From an uncultured Bacillota bacterium (lineage in GTDB: Bacteria; Bacillota_I; Bacilli_A; RFN20; CAG-826): a stretch of 64,000 nucleotides of DNA. The DNA lies in contig CASEFL010000002.1 in the NCBI GenBank assembly GCA_949287245.1, forward strand, positions 80,975 to 144,974, read 5' to 3'. Both the position numbers and the translations under genes were made by a program. Shown here one piece after another: positions 34,842-45,473 of the stretch. Within the stretch, counting starts at the first letter, position 1; every line of letters begins with the position of its first letter. The notes below the pieces were generated by a model that was not told where the DNA came from, ran no database searches, and saw only the letters and a program-made list of their open reading frames with translations.

Positions 34842-35742
34842 TATTTTTTCCCTTACCTTAAAAGAAGGAATCGTCATTAAAGGAAGAGAATGGTTAAGTC
34901 ACCATCCACGTGCGAATTTACTTATTCAAACGGGCATGTGTGAACATAGTAACCGTTATGAAGAACTGGCTTTATATTTAAATAACAAAGGCATTAACGT
35001 TTATGTCATGGATGCTTTTGGACAAGGATTAAATGTGGAAGATCCAAAAGATTTACAAAAGTGGCATGAAACGGCCTTTGAAGATAACGTGGATGCTTTA
35101 GCCTTAAAGTTGAAAGAAATTCGTGAGAAAACAAAGTTACCAACTTACGAAATGGGGCATTCTATGGGTTCCTTTATGAGTCAACGTTTATTGACCAAAC
35201 ATCCAGGTTTTGCCGATAAAGTGATTTTAATGGGTTCGAATGGTCCACAAAAATTCACCATGAAAATGGGTTACTTTGTTGCGTTGATGTTTGTGGATAG
35301 ATGGAACTGGGATAAGCCATCTCATTTGTTACAAGCCTTATCCATCGGACAATATGAATCCTCTATTAAAAATAGAAAAGATCGGAATGATTGGCTTTCT
35401 TATGATACAAAAAATGTTGAGGCTTATAATGCGGATCCCTATTGTGGAGCAAGAAACACAAACGGTTTCTGGAAAGTATTTTTAAAGGGTATGGCTCATT
35501 TATGGGACGAAAAAGCTTTAAAAAACTTAAATCCTGATACTCCTATTCTTCTTATTGCAGGAGAGGAAGATCCTGTTGGAAGATGCGGAAAAGGAATTCG
35601 CTTGCTTGAAAAAATGTATCTTGAACACGGGGTAAAAAATGTAACCACGATTCTTTATCCTAAGATGCGTCATGAAATTCTTAACGAAGGAGAAGGAAGA
35701 AAAAAAGTTTTTGCGGATATTGTTTCCTTCTTAGAGAAATAA
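34834..35742 (+). CDS. Alpha/beta hydrolase (lysophospholipase-like)
   Basis: GMCEHSNRY, GHSMG, GEEDPV, RHEILNE. Confidence 0.9.
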   Translation: MSNIFSLTLKEGIVIKGREWLSHHPRANLLIQTGMCEHSNRYEELALYLNNKGINVYVMDAFGQGLNVEDPKDLQKWHETAFEDNVDALALKLKEIREKTKLPTYEMGHSMGSFMSQRLLTKHPGFADKVILMGSNGPQKFTMKMGYFVALMFVDRWNWDKPSHLLQALSIGQYESSIKNRKDRNDWLSYDTKNVEAYNADPYCGARNTNGFWKVFLKGMAHLWDEKALKNLNPDTPILLIAGEEDPVGRCGKGIRLLEKMYLEHGVKNVTTILYPKMRHEILNEGEGRKKVFADIVSFLEK

Positions 35743-36689
35743 TGAAAAAGAAAAGTTCACGTCTTCGTTTTCTAATCAAAAGTAAAACATTATTTTCTTG
35801 GGGCATCTATCGCCTTGGAAAAATGTTTCATCGTTATGATGCTTTGGATCCTATCGCGTATACAAATCGCTTAGGGAAAGCGATATGTGGTTATGATTTT
35901 CATGCTGAAAATCCACGTTCTTTTAATGAAAAAATATGTTATTTAAAACTCTTTTACCGTAATCCTTTATGGGAACGAGTCGCGGACAAGCACGAGGTAA
36001 AAGTTTTTCTACAAGAAATTGGTTTAGGGGAATATGTCCCAAAAGAATATGGAGTATATTCTTCCTCAAAAGAAATTCATTTAGATTCTTTGCCTGATGA
36101 ATTTGTATTAAAGGCTACTCATGATTGTGGGTCTGTCTTTTTATGCAAAAAAGGTCAAACAAATTTTAAGGAAGTATTTGAAAAACTAGACGCTTCCTTA
36201 AAAAGTTCATATAAAGAAAGAAATCACAATTTCGAATGGGTTTATGAAAATATTCATCCAAGGATTATCGCGGAAGAATTTCTCCATCCGTATGGAGACT
36301 TTAAAGATATCATGGATTGGAAGTTTTGCATGGCGAATCATCGTTTTTTATGGGGTTATATCACAAAAAATCGAGAGTGCAATTTAGAGATCAATCCCAT
36401 AGATGAAGAAGAGAATTTGTTGCCAACTTGGAGTGTAGCGCCTCCATCTAAACAAAAAGATTTTCTTCGTTTAAAGAAAATTCCTTATTTTGGCTTAATG
36501 AAAGAAATATCTCTGCAAATCGCACGTTATTTTGATTTTGTTCGTGTTGATTTTATGGTTTGTAAAGAGGGTTTACGGATTAGTGAACTTACTTTTTTCC
36601 CTACCTCAGGAATTGGTTGTTTTTCAAATAAAAAAGTTGATTTTGAATTAGGAGAGAAATTTGATCTTTCGTTTACTAATCCTAAATAA
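35742..36689 (+). CDS. TupA-like ATP-grasp amidoligase
   Basis: NPRSFNEKI, ADKHEVK, FVLKATHDCG, RIIAEE, FVRVDF, ELTFFPTSG. Confidence 0.9.
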   Translation: MKKKSSRLRFLIKSKTLFSWGIYRLGKMFHRYDALDPIAYTNRLGKAICGYDFHAENPRSFNEKICYLKLFYRNPLWERVADKHEVKVFLQEIGLGEYVPKEYGVYSSSKEIHLDSLPDEFVLKATHDCGSVFLCKKGQTNFKEVFEKLDASLKSSYKERNHNFEWVYENIHPRIIAEEFLHPYGDFKDIMDWKFCMANHRFLWGYITKNRECNLEINPIDEEENLLPTWSVAPPSKQKDFLRLKKIPYFGLMKEISLQIARYFDFVRVDFMVCKEGLRISELTFFPTSGIGCFSNKKVDFELGEKFDLSFTNPK

Positions 36690-36760
36690 ATCGTTCTTTA
36701 TTGGTTTGATAATAGCGCTTTCTCCTATAGGAGAATTATTTTTCGTGTAGAATAGCGCCC

Positions 36761-38830
36761 GTGATGAAAGAAAGAACAATAGGGAAACAGTTTGGAGGAA
36801 CAGGAAGGCTTGTTCCTTATTTTCTTAGTTTTGTTTTAATTGTTTTTCTTCTTGCTAGTTTGGTTTTATATGGGGAAGAAAATTTATTTATAAGTTTTGG
36901 TGATCCCGTTCGGGTGTATTCTACTCCATTACTTGTTTTAACAATTTGTACTTATCTTCCTCTTTTGACAACAATTCATTATGTTGGTTCTAAAAAATTT
37001 GGTATTCGTCCAAGTCCTTTATGGTTATGTGTTTTCCTTATCTTTCTTGTGCTTTCTTTAATTTCTATATGGTTGATTAAAGGACCTTTTAAAGACGGGA
37101 ATTCTGTTTTTGCTTTGTCTATGGAAGGCAAAATTCGTTATACGATTTTGACTTTTTATGTAACTTTTGGTCTTTATTATTTATTTGCCTATGTTCCTAA
37201 AATGATCAAAGGTGTTTCCTTTTTTCATTTTGCTGCTTTTTTAATTGTCGTTTATTCCTTAATTGCCATTATTTATTCTCTTATTGCGGAGTTTCCTTGT
37301 TATCTTTCTTATTTTGATAGTCAAGAAAGCGTAATGATACCGATGAGTTTTTATCTTAATCGGAATGTCTATGGATTTACGGTTTTTATTGGTATTGCCG
37401 CTTTAATGTTTTTGGAAGCAAAACGTCCCCGTTGGTGGCGGTGGCCACTTGCTTTAGGAATGTTCTTTGTAGAATTTTTCATCATGAGTAAAAGTAGTCT
37501 TCTTGCAAGTGGCATTGTCTTTATTGGTTGTTTCTTTTGGAATTCTTTCCGTTGTATGAGAACACACCCCTTCCGAAGTTTATTCTTTTTCCTTTTAGGG
37601 CTTTTTATTATTGGTAGCGTTATTGCCATTCCTTTTCTTCATCATACAGGTATTGAGAAATGGGATAATTTTTCTAGTCTTTTATATGAACGCTTAAGCA
37701 AAATGTTTTTAAGTTCGGAGGGTTCTGCAAACGCAAGGCTAGATTGTTTTGCCATTGCTTGGGCAGCCATATCTTCTTCTCTTCCTTCGCTTCTACTTGG
37801 GTTTGGTTTTGCCAACTGGAAAAATGCGATTTATGCCTATCATGGGGAATTTTTGCCTCTTGATAATGGATTTGTTGAAGATTTGGCAAGGGGAGGAGTC
37901 ATTGGTCTTTTCTTTTCTATTCTCATGTGGATCTTTTTCTTTGTTCTTATTCTTCGTGCAATGAAAAGAAGAAGTCCTTATGGTTTGCCTCTTTTCTTTC
38001 TCTTCTTTGCCTACTTAGCAAGAAATTTCTTTGAGGCATCTTCCTTTTTAAATCCAAATATAACGAACGTGATTATGTATATTCAGTTGGCCTTGCCTCT
38101 TCTTACTTTAGAAGCAGAGGAAAAAAATTTGCATGAAGAACAAGCTTTCATGGATATGGTTGTTCTCGCGCCAAAAAAAGAGACATTCCGTTCTTTTTAT
38201 GGAGTATTTGCTCTTTTATGCTCGTTATTAAGCATTCTTTGCGTCTGCTTTTCTTCTTATTTTTCTTTTGAACGCTATCCCTTCTTTAATGAAATTTCTT
38301 TATCAACCATTGTCTTTAATGTTTTCTTTTCCCTTCTCTTACTCGCTTTAGCGATGAATCTTTTTGAAAAACTACATCCTGGGAAAGGGATTCTTGTTAT
38401 TTTGTGTTTTATTCTGCAATCGAGTATTGGATTCATCATGCCTTACTATATTGAAGGAATTGGTCCTCTTTTATTGAGTTTTGTTCCCTTTCTTGTTGGG
38501 TTAATTATTTCCTTAGGGGAGTATCCTAGTTTTGCTTGTATAGTTAAGGCAGTCATTTTCTATTTTTTACCAATCTTTCTCTTTTTGATTTTGACAAAAA
38601 TATTTGAACAATATGGCGAAGCATTAACGGCTTATTCTTTGACTTATTTTAATTTATTTATCCTAAGTTATTATTTTATGGTTGATTGTTTTATGGGTGC
38701 TTATTCTCCTTTTGCTTCTTTTTCAATTTTATGGGAAAACCATATTTCTCTGCTTGCTTCTCGAAAAGAGGCAAAAAATGAACGAAAATATCTTCGTTAT
38801 CGTTATAAGAGAGGTAGAATTCATTCATGA
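36761..38830 (+). CDS. Long O-antigen ligase/polymerase (Wzy_C)-like membrane protein
   Basis: Many TM helices; NRN, SKSS, R..., LLGFG, DNGF(VE)DL pattern typical of Wzy_C/WaaL; extra C-terminal TM domain. Confidence 0.6.
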   Translation: MMKERTIGKQFGGTGRLVPYFLSFVLIVFLLASLVLYGEENLFISFGDPVRVYSTPLLVLTICTYLPLLTTIHYVGSKKFGIRPSPLWLCVFLIFLVLSLISIWLIKGPFKDGNSVFALSMEGKIRYTILTFYVTFGLYYLFAYVPKMIKGVSFFHFAAFLIVVYSLIAIIYSLIAEFPCYLSYFDSQESVMIPMSFYLNRNVYGFTVFIGIAALMFLEAKRPRWWRWPLALGMFFVEFFIMSKSSLLASGIVFIGCFFWNSFRCMRTHPFRSLFFFLLGLFIIGSVIAIPFLHHTGIEKWDNFSSLLYERLSKMFLSSEGSANARLDCFAIAWAAISSSLPSLLLGFGFANWKNAIYAYHGEFLPLDNGFVEDLARGGVIGLFFSILMWIFFFVLILRAMKRRSPYGLPLFFLFFAYLARNFFEASSFLNPNITNVIMYIQLALPLLTLEAEEKNLHEEQAFMDMVVLAPKKETFRSFYGVFALLCSLLSILCVCFSSYFSFERYPFFNEISLSTIVFNVFFSLLLLALAMNLFEKLHPGKGILVILCFILQSSIGFIMPYYIEGIGPLLLSFVPFLVGLIISLGEYPSFACIVKAVIFYFLPIFLFLILTKIFEQYGEALTAYSLTYFNLFILSYYFMVDCFMGAYSPFASFSILWENHISLLASRKEAKNERKYLRYRYKRGRIHS

Positions 38831-39819
38831 GCGAAGTTTGCTTTGACAAGATTCTATTTGATGAAGTTGAAGCTCCTTTAAGTTATACCCTTCATAGAGG
38901 GAAAAACATTGTTCCTTCATTTGATCAAAATCTTTATCGATTATTTACTTTTCAATTTCACCATGCGAAGTCTGGAAATTTATGTTTTCAAAATCAAAAA
39001 ATATCCTTATTAAACTGGGATCCTTTGGCATTTTCTTTTCTTTCTTTTACCTTTAAAGAAGGAGGAAAACTTTCTTTCCTTATTTATGAAAACAGAAAAA
39101 ATATTGAGGTTTTGCTGAGAAAAAGCGAAGAAGTTTCTTCTCTTCCTTTTAAAGAAAAGATGACTTATTTAATCAAATTGTGGAAAGAGAGAACCCTTTA
39201 TTATTTATGGGATTCTCAGGACGATCCTCAACGTCTTTTGCTTCAAGTGTTTTTAAGTATTTATGAAGAGGATGATTCGGTGCCTTTGGTTCTTATAGAA
39301 CGTTCTTCTCCTTTTCTGCATCTTAAATCACCCCGTCAACCTATTCTTTCTCCTTCTAATGAACTACAAGGCTTCAAAAATTTTATACGGGAAGACTCAG
39401 GAGAATTTGTCTTTCAATTCGTGTTTATGGTTATTGTGGCTTTTGTTTTTTCCTACGGAATCTATAACCTTTTGATGTTAGGAAATATCCTTATTATTGT
39501 TTCGTGTTTTTTGATTTCTTTTTTACTTCTTTTCTTATTTTGTACCTCTACTTATTCGGTGATAAAGAAAGCTTTTTTACAAAGAAGAGGAGACCTTTTT
39601 CTTGATTTTCTCGCTCTATTTTCGGGAGTTATCGGGGCGATACCGGGAGTTCTTCTTCTTATTTTTTCTCTTCTTTGTAGTTCCATTTCTTCTTTAGGAG
39701 AATGGGTATCTCATCAAGATCCTGCTTTACTATTTACTGGTTTTATTCTTTGTTTCTTGAGTTTCCTTATTCCGCTTCTTTGTTGCTTCTTTTTTAAAAA
39801 CAAAAGGAAAAAAGTATGA
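38827..39819 (+). CDS. Hypothetical membrane protein (soluble N-terminus, four C-terminal TMs)
   Basis: ATGA-coupled to both neighbours; hydrophobic C-terminal half. Confidence 0.65.
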   Translation: MSEVCFDKILFDEVEAPLSYTLHRGKNIVPSFDQNLYRLFTFQFHHAKSGNLCFQNQKISLLNWDPLAFSFLSFTFKEGGKLSFLIYENRKNIEVLLRKSEEVSSLPFKEKMTYLIKLWKERTLYYLWDSQDDPQRLLLQVFLSIYEEDDSVPLVLIERSSPFLHLKSPRQPILSPSNELQGFKNFIREDSGEFVFQFVFMVIVAFVFSYGIYNLLMLGNILIIVSCFLISFLLLFLFCTSTYSVIKKAFLQRRGDLFLDFLALFSGVIGAIPGVLLLIFSLLCSSISSLGEWVSHQDPALLFTGFILCFLSFLIPLLCCFFFKNKRKKV

Positions 39820-40949
39820 TGAAATTAAAAGTAATGACCATTCTTGGTACAAGGCCTGAAATTATTCGTTTATCCGAAGTGATTAAAACGTGTGATAAAG
39901 AGTTTGAGCATATTCTTGTCCATACTGGACAAAATTATGATTACGAACTCAATGGAATTTTCTTTGAAGAACTTGGTTTACGAAAACCGGATATTTTTCT
40001 TAATGCTGTGGGAAAAAATTTAGGTGAAACCATGGGGAATATCATTGCTAAATCTTTTGAAGTGATAGAAAAAGAGCGTCCTGATGCTGTTCTTATTCTT
40101 GGGGACACCAATAGTGCGCTTTCTGCCATTTCTGCTAAAAGACTTAAATGCCCTATTTTCCATATGGAAGCAGGGAATCGTTGTTGGGATTGGAATGTCG
40201 CGGAAATGACAAATCGCGTTATGGTAGATCATATATCCGATATGAATCTTCCTTATAGCGAGTTTGCCAAAAGGAACTTATTAAGAGAAGGTCTTCCTTC
40301 TACTAGAATTATCAAAACGGGATCCCCCATGAAAGAGGTTATTATGGCCCATGAGGATGAAATTGAAGCTTCTTCTATTTTAGAAACGCTCGATCTTAAA
40401 AAAGATGAATATATTGTTTTTTCCGCGCATCGTGAGGAAAATGTTGATAACCCTATTAAGATGAGAACCTTATTTACCTCCTTAAATGAAATTGCCGAAA
40501 CCTTTAAATTACCTGTCATTTTCTCTTGCCATCCAAGGACAAGAAAACGTTTAGAAAAAGAAGGAATCATTCTTTCTTCTTATATTCAAGAAAGTAAGCC
40601 TTTTGGTTTTTTAGAATACGCGAAACTTCAAAGAAATGCTTATGTTACTTTAAGTGATTCTGGTTCTTTAACAGAAGAGAGCATTATATGCCATTTTCCT
40701 GCTGTTTTAATTCGGACAAGTACAGAAAGGCAAGAAGGGACAATCGCGAAAGCAATGTCGATTTCAGGAATTAAAACTGAAGGGATTTTAAGAGCCATAC
40801 CAATAGCAAGAAATCGGGCAAAAGAAGGAAAAATTGCAGGGAAAATTGCTGTTAATGACTACGATGTGGATTGTGTTTCTAAAAAGGTAATTCAAGTTAT
40901 TAAAGATTGGGTTTTTAAAATAAAAGAGGAAACTTGGAATCGTATTTAA
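39816..40949 (+). CDS. wecB: UDP-N-acetylhexosamine 2-epimerase (FnlC/Cap5G type)
   Basis: GTRPEIIRLS, HTGQNYDYEL, LGDTNS, HMEAGNR, HREEN, SDSG, TER. Confidence 0.9.
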   Translation: MMKLKVMTILGTRPEIIRLSEVIKTCDKEFEHILVHTGQNYDYELNGIFFEELGLRKPDIFLNAVGKNLGETMGNIIAKSFEVIEKERPDAVLILGDTNSALSAISAKRLKCPIFHMEAGNRCWDWNVAEMTNRVMVDHISDMNLPYSEFAKRNLLREGLPSTRIIKTGSPMKEVIMAHEDEIEASSILETLDLKKDEYIVFSAHREENVDNPIKMRTLFTSLNEIAETFKLPVIFSCHPRTRKRLEKEGIILSSYIQESKPFGFLEYAKLQRNAYVTLSDSGSLTEESIICHFPAVLIRTSTERQEGTIAKAMSISGIKTEGILRAIPIARNRAKEGKIAGKIAVNDYDVDCVSKKVIQVIKDWVFKIKEETWNRI

Positions 40950-42058
40950 TCCGTTATTCCTAATAAAGAGGCTACTAAATATTCTTCGTTTTCTTCAAGT
41001 ATGTATTGTTTTGAAAGAGTTAAAACGTTCTTTTGCATTTCTTCATAGTTTGTGTGAAATAAAGCTTTTTCTATGGCGTCTGCTAATTGTTGCGCATTGC
41101 CTACATCAACAAGATATCCTTCTTTGCCATTGGTAATTAATTCTTCGGCAACAGGGTATCTCGTCATGATAGATGGGACGCCAGCAAGGAGAGACTCCAC
41201 CCATGCACCAGGAACCCCTTCCCAATAAGTAGGGAGTATAAAAAATTTATGAGCGGAAAGAATCTGATATTTATCTTTTTGGTTTGCAATTCCATGATAA
41301 ATAAATTTATCGCTTAGTGCTGCATCAAACACTTTTCTTTCTTCTTCTGTCATATCAATTCGACCATAAAGATCGACTTGTGGCTCAATATTTTTCTTTT
41401 TTAGAATTTTTAACGCATCAAGGAGGACAAAGATACCTTTTGGTTGGGAAATTCTACCAAAAAAAAGCAAATCTCCTTTGGTAATATTTTTGAATAGTTG
41501 AGTGTTTACTAGCGTTGGTCGTTCACGATAATTAATAAGGCGATGGCAATTTTTTAATTGATAAAAATTTTCATAAGATTGGATTAAAAAGTTGTTTTCA
41601 AGAAGAATCGAATTACATCGTTTTAAAGATGATTTCATTATTAAATCTTTATTGTTACCAAATTTTGTATAGGGAAAATCCTTCCATGCTTCCGGCTTTT
41701 CTCTTTCAATAATTTTAGTTAGAGCCCCTACACCGATAGGTACATAAATTAATTTATTGTCTTTATTTTTTAGTAAATGTGAAATGAGAGGAAGTATTGT
41801 TCTTGATCCATTTGGTCCAGTCATAACGAGAATGGTTCTATTTTCGTTAATGACACAAGATAGTTGTCTAAGAATGCGAAAAAGGTGTTTTTTCCAATCT
41901 GTTAAATCAATGACTTTTAAATCAACGCCATATTTTTTTAAAATATTGTAATGTAAATTAGTACGAACCTGCCCTCCTTCGTTATATGAGGATGATTTAG
42001 TTTCATCATAACTGCTGACAATGGCAGCTTTTATATTTGTAAATTTTGTTGAGGGCAT
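40946..42058 (-). CDS. Glycosyltransferase family 4
   Basis: FFGRISQPKG, LPTYWEGVPGAWVES (EX7E), GYLV; SD aggag. Confidence 0.88.
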   Translation of the reverse strand: MPSTKFTNIKAAIVSSYDETKSSSYNEGGQVRTNLHYNILKKYGVDLKVIDLTDWKKHLFRILRQLSCVINENRTILVMTGPNGSRTILPLISHLLKNKDNKLIYVPIGVGALTKIIEREKPEAWKDFPYTKFGNNKDLIMKSSLKRCNSILLENNFLIQSYENFYQLKNCHRLINYRERPTLVNTQLFKNITKGDLLFFGRISQPKGIFVLLDALKILKKKNIEPQVDLYGRIDMTEEERKVFDAALSDKFIYHGIANQKDKYQILSAHKFFILPTYWEGVPGAWVESLLAGVPSIMTRYPVAEELITNGKEGYLVDVGNAQQLADAIEKALFHTNYEEMQKNVLTLSKQYILEENEEYLVASLLGITD

Positions 42059-42133
42059 AATTTCTCCTATAAAACGATGATTATTTATAGTCTAATTGAT
42101 TATAACTTCTTGAGTGTTTAAACTTTAGACATT

Positions 42134-43150
42134 ATGAGTAAATTTGATGTTGCGCTTTTCCCGAAAAAAACCTTTTTAATCACTGGCGGTACAGGATCTT
42201 TTGGCCACGCAATGGTGAATCGGCTTTTAAAACTGAATCCTAAGGAAATTCGTATTTTGTCGCGTGATGAGAAAAAGCAAGACGATATGCGAAAAGCTTA
42301 TCAAGACGATCGTTTAAAATTTTATATCGGAGATGTTCGTGATTTAGGCGCAATAGATGGTGCCTTTCGCGGAGTAGATTATGTTTTTAGTGCAGCCGCT
42401 TTAAAACAAGTTCCTTCCTGTGAGTTTTATCCTATGGAGGCTGTTAAAACGAACATTATTGGGAGCAATAATGTTATTTCTGCCTGCGTTCATAATCATG
42501 TTAAGAAAGCTATTTTTCTTTCTACCGATAAAGCAGCCTATCCCATTAACGCTATGGGAATGTCTAAGGCTTTAATGGAGAAAAACGTTATTGCACGAAG
42601 TCGTCAACTTTTAGAGGGTGATACCATTCTTTGTTTAACTCGTTACGGAAATGTTATGGCTTCAAGAGGATCAGTCATCCCTCTTTTTATTGAACAAATT
42701 AAAGAAGGAAAACCCATTACTATTACTAATCCTGAGATGACTCGTTTTATGATGACTTTGGAGGATGCCGTTGAACTTGTTCTTTATGCCTTTGCTAATG
42801 GGGAGCAGGGGGATTTATTTGTTCAAAAAGCACCTGCTGCAACAATAGATACTCTAGCAAAAGCTATCCTTTCTTTTTTCCCTAAAAATCAAGGAGTTAG
42901 TTATATTGGCACACGACACGGGGAAAAATTATTCGAAACTTTAGTTACGCAAGAAGAAATGCTCCGTGCGGTGGATGAGGGAGAATTCTTTAGAATTACA
43001 GCGGATAATCGTGATTTGAATTACGATAAATACGTTGAAAAAGGAATGGGTCACGTGACTATACCCGAATCCTACACGTCTCACAACACAACAAGACTTG
43101 ATGTCGAAGGTATGTGTAAATTGTTAAAGAAATTGGAGCAGTTCCAGTGA
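42134..43150 (+). CDS. UDP-GlcNAc 4,6-dehydratase/epimerase (FnlA/Cap5E type)
   Basis: TGGTGSFG, SRDEKKQDDMR, AALKQVPSCEF, STDKA, RYGNVMASRGSV, YTSHNT. Confidence 0.93.
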   Translation: MSKFDVALFPKKTFLITGGTGSFGHAMVNRLLKLNPKEIRILSRDEKKQDDMRKAYQDDRLKFYIGDVRDLGAIDGAFRGVDYVFSAAALKQVPSCEFYPMEAVKTNIIGSNNVISACVHNHVKKAIFLSTDKAAYPINAMGMSKALMEKNVIARSRQLLEGDTILCLTRYGNVMASRGSVIPLFIEQIKEGKPITITNPEMTRFMMTLEDAVELVLYAFANGEQGDLFVQKAPAATIDTLAKAILSFFPKNQGVSYIGTRHGEKLFETLVTQEEMLRAVDEGEFFRITADNRDLNYDKYVEKGMGHVTIPESYTSHNTTRLDVEGMCKLLKKLEQFQ

Positions 43151-44253
43151 AAAAAGTTCTTCTTATTGGAGGGAAAGGATTTATCGGTAGATTCCTTTCT
43201 TTGTGTTTAAAAGAACAAGGGGCCGTTCCTTTAATATTTGATAAAGATGATGCTATAGAAGAACGAACTGATCTTTTTAAAGAGTCTGACTATATTATCG
43301 ATTGCCACGGATGCAATCGGTCTAACGATGAACAAGAGTTTTATCGAGTGAATCGTGATCAAACCTATGAATATGCCTCTTTAGCCAAAGAATACAAAAA
43401 ATCTTATTTATTTTTATCTACGATTCAATCAGGAAATGGAACACCATATGGTGATTCAAAAAAGACAGGTGAAGAGGCTATAGATTCTTTGCACAGCAAC
43501 TACTTAAATTATATTCATCTTCCTAATATTTATGGACCTACATGCCGTCCAGGTTATAACTCTGTAATTGCAACATGGATTGATTATGCCGTTAAAAGAG
43601 AAGCGTCAAAAATTCATTTAAATGATGATTCTATAGACAAAATAATTCCATTTTTGTATGTAACAGACTTAAGTGAATATCTTATTAGATGCATTTTAGA
43701 AAACCTAAAAATTTCTGATGAAGATATAAGTAAATTAGCTACCCCCGTTTGTTTAAAAGGGGCTTATAAAGCAATTCACCATTTAGCCACATTTGAGGGC
43801 GACCCGTTGAAAGATATTTCCAATATCTCTGCAAATCCTATATTTCTTAAACGAATTTACGGAACTTATTTATATGAAAGAAAATCCCCATTAATTCTTA
43901 GTTTTAAACAAAATTGTGACGAAAGAGGGAGTTTTACAGAGATTTTTAAGGGTGGATTTAAGAGTGAGTGTCAGTTTTCTTTAAATACGATTTATCCAGG
44001 TTTTGTTAAAGGAGGGCACTATCATCATCATAAATTAGAACGTTTTCTTGATATTTCGCACAATTCATATCTTTCTTATTCATTTAAATCGATACTAGAT
44101 TCTTCAGTTGAGTATTGTGTTGATAATATTTTCTCTATTGATATTCCTCCTTTTATAAAACATTCCCTTATGAATAAGGGAAAATCTATATCTTCCATTG
44201 CAATTTGGGCGGATGCGCCCTTTAATCCTAAAGAGGCAGATACGTATCGATGA
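43147..44253 (+). CDS. FnlB/Cap5F-type reductase with C-terminal cupin
   Basis: GGKGFIG, YGDSK, PNIYG...YNSVIAT, DERGSFTE, GGHYHHHKLERF. Confidence 0.85.
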   Translation: MKKVLLIGGKGFIGRFLSLCLKEQGAVPLIFDKDDAIEERTDLFKESDYIIDCHGCNRSNDEQEFYRVNRDQTYEYASLAKEYKKSYLFLSTIQSGNGTPYGDSKKTGEEAIDSLHSNYLNYIHLPNIYGPTCRPGYNSVIATWIDYAVKREASKIHLNDDSIDKIIPFLYVTDLSEYLIRCILENLKISDEDISKLATPVCLKGAYKAIHHLATFEGDPLKDISNISANPIFLKRIYGTYLYERKSPLILSFKQNCDERGSFTEIFKGGFKSECQFSLNTIYPGFVKGGHYHHHKLERFLDISHNSYLSYSFKSILDSSVEYCVDNIFSIDIPPFIKHSLMNKGKSISSIAIWADAPFNPKEADTYR

Positions 44254-45473
44254 AGGCCAAATTTAATGCAATGAAACAAAACTTCTTAGTCTTTGCCCAA
44301 ATTTGGCAAAATTGGATACTGCTTCTTTTTTCTTTTATCGCATGTTTAACTCCGTTTTTTGCTTTTTCTAGTTCAAATGTTATTTCTAATGAGTATCTTG
44401 CTACAATGATTTCAGAAGAGGCTATCTATAACCGAAAAGAGCAAGTTCTTAATGTCAATTATGTACGCTTAAATAATGAAACTTCTGCTACGAGAGCAGA
44501 ATTATCTAATATTTGTCTGGAAGCATATAGTGACACTACTTATCGTTTCGTAAATGCTCAATATAATGCAGTAGCTTTATTTAATGAAAACGTAGGAAAT
44601 TACCATCGTTTTCCTCAACTCAAAAATTCTAAAACTTCTGTTATTTTATCTAACATTTTTTCCAATCATCAAAACCCTAATGATGAAACAATTCATGATA
44701 TTTTTGAATTATCTTTAATGTATGAAAGTTCAAATACAGATTTTCGTGACTTTGATAATTTTTGTTATATTCGACAAGAAGATGCAGACTATTTGATTAC
44801 TAATAGTAATGGCATTTTTAAGTCATATGAGGATTTGATTAATACTTCTTTGACTTGTGTTTTGCCTAACGATATAGACGGACAATCTTATTCATGGAAA
44901 ATTGCCAATATATTGCTTAGCGATAATGATATTTATCAGCATTTTAACGAAGTTTATGGACCATGGATGTTAGCTTATATTTTTGTTCCTGAGTATTCAG
45001 GATATTCTTATAGTTTTGATTATGCGGGCTCAATTAACAATAATGTAACCTATTTAAATCGCCATCGTAACCGGTTTACCGATGGTAATTATTCCTTTCA
45101 AATAACAGAACATAACGTTATTGATAAAAATCAATCTTATAGTAATCAAATCATAGAACTGATGACTCAAAAGCCATTAGGTTATGGATTTGAAATTGCT
45201 TTGGTTTTTGCATTCTTCCCTTTTATCATTTGGGTAGTTCTCTATTTATTGTTTTACAAAAAAGTATATTCATTCAAATGGTGGTTATTTGGTGGTGAGT
45301 TTTTGTTTGGTTTTATTATTTATGAAATTTTTTCTATAACTTATTTAATTCATCCGATGAGCGTAATTTATTTTTCCTCTTACTCGATCGTGTGCTTTTT
45401 AATAATTTTTGTACTGTTATTATCTTCGACAACATTGTTTTCATTACTAAAGGAAGAAAAAAATGGGAAATAG
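44250..45473 (+). CDS. Hypothetical membrane protein with a large extracytoplasmic domain
   Basis: One N-terminal TM and three C-terminal TMs; coupled within the operon. Confidence 0.7.
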   Translation: MKAKFNAMKQNFLVFAQIWQNWILLLFSFIACLTPFFAFSSSNVISNEYLATMISEEAIYNRKEQVLNVNYVRLNNETSATRAELSNICLEAYSDTTYRFVNAQYNAVALFNENVGNYHRFPQLKNSKTSVILSNIFSNHQNPNDETIHDIFELSLMYESSNTDFRDFDNFCYIRQEDADYLITNSNGIFKSYEDLINTSLTCVLPNDIDGQSYSWKIANILLSDNDIYQHFNEVYGPWMLAYIFVPEYSGYSYSFDYAGSINNNVTYLNRHRNRFTDGNYSFQITEHNVIDKNQSYSNQIIELMTQKPLGYGFEIALVFAFFPFIIWVVLYLLFYKKVYSFKWWLFGGEFLFGFIIYEIFSITYLIHPMSVIYFSSYSIVCFLIIFVLLLSSTTLFSLLKEEKNGK

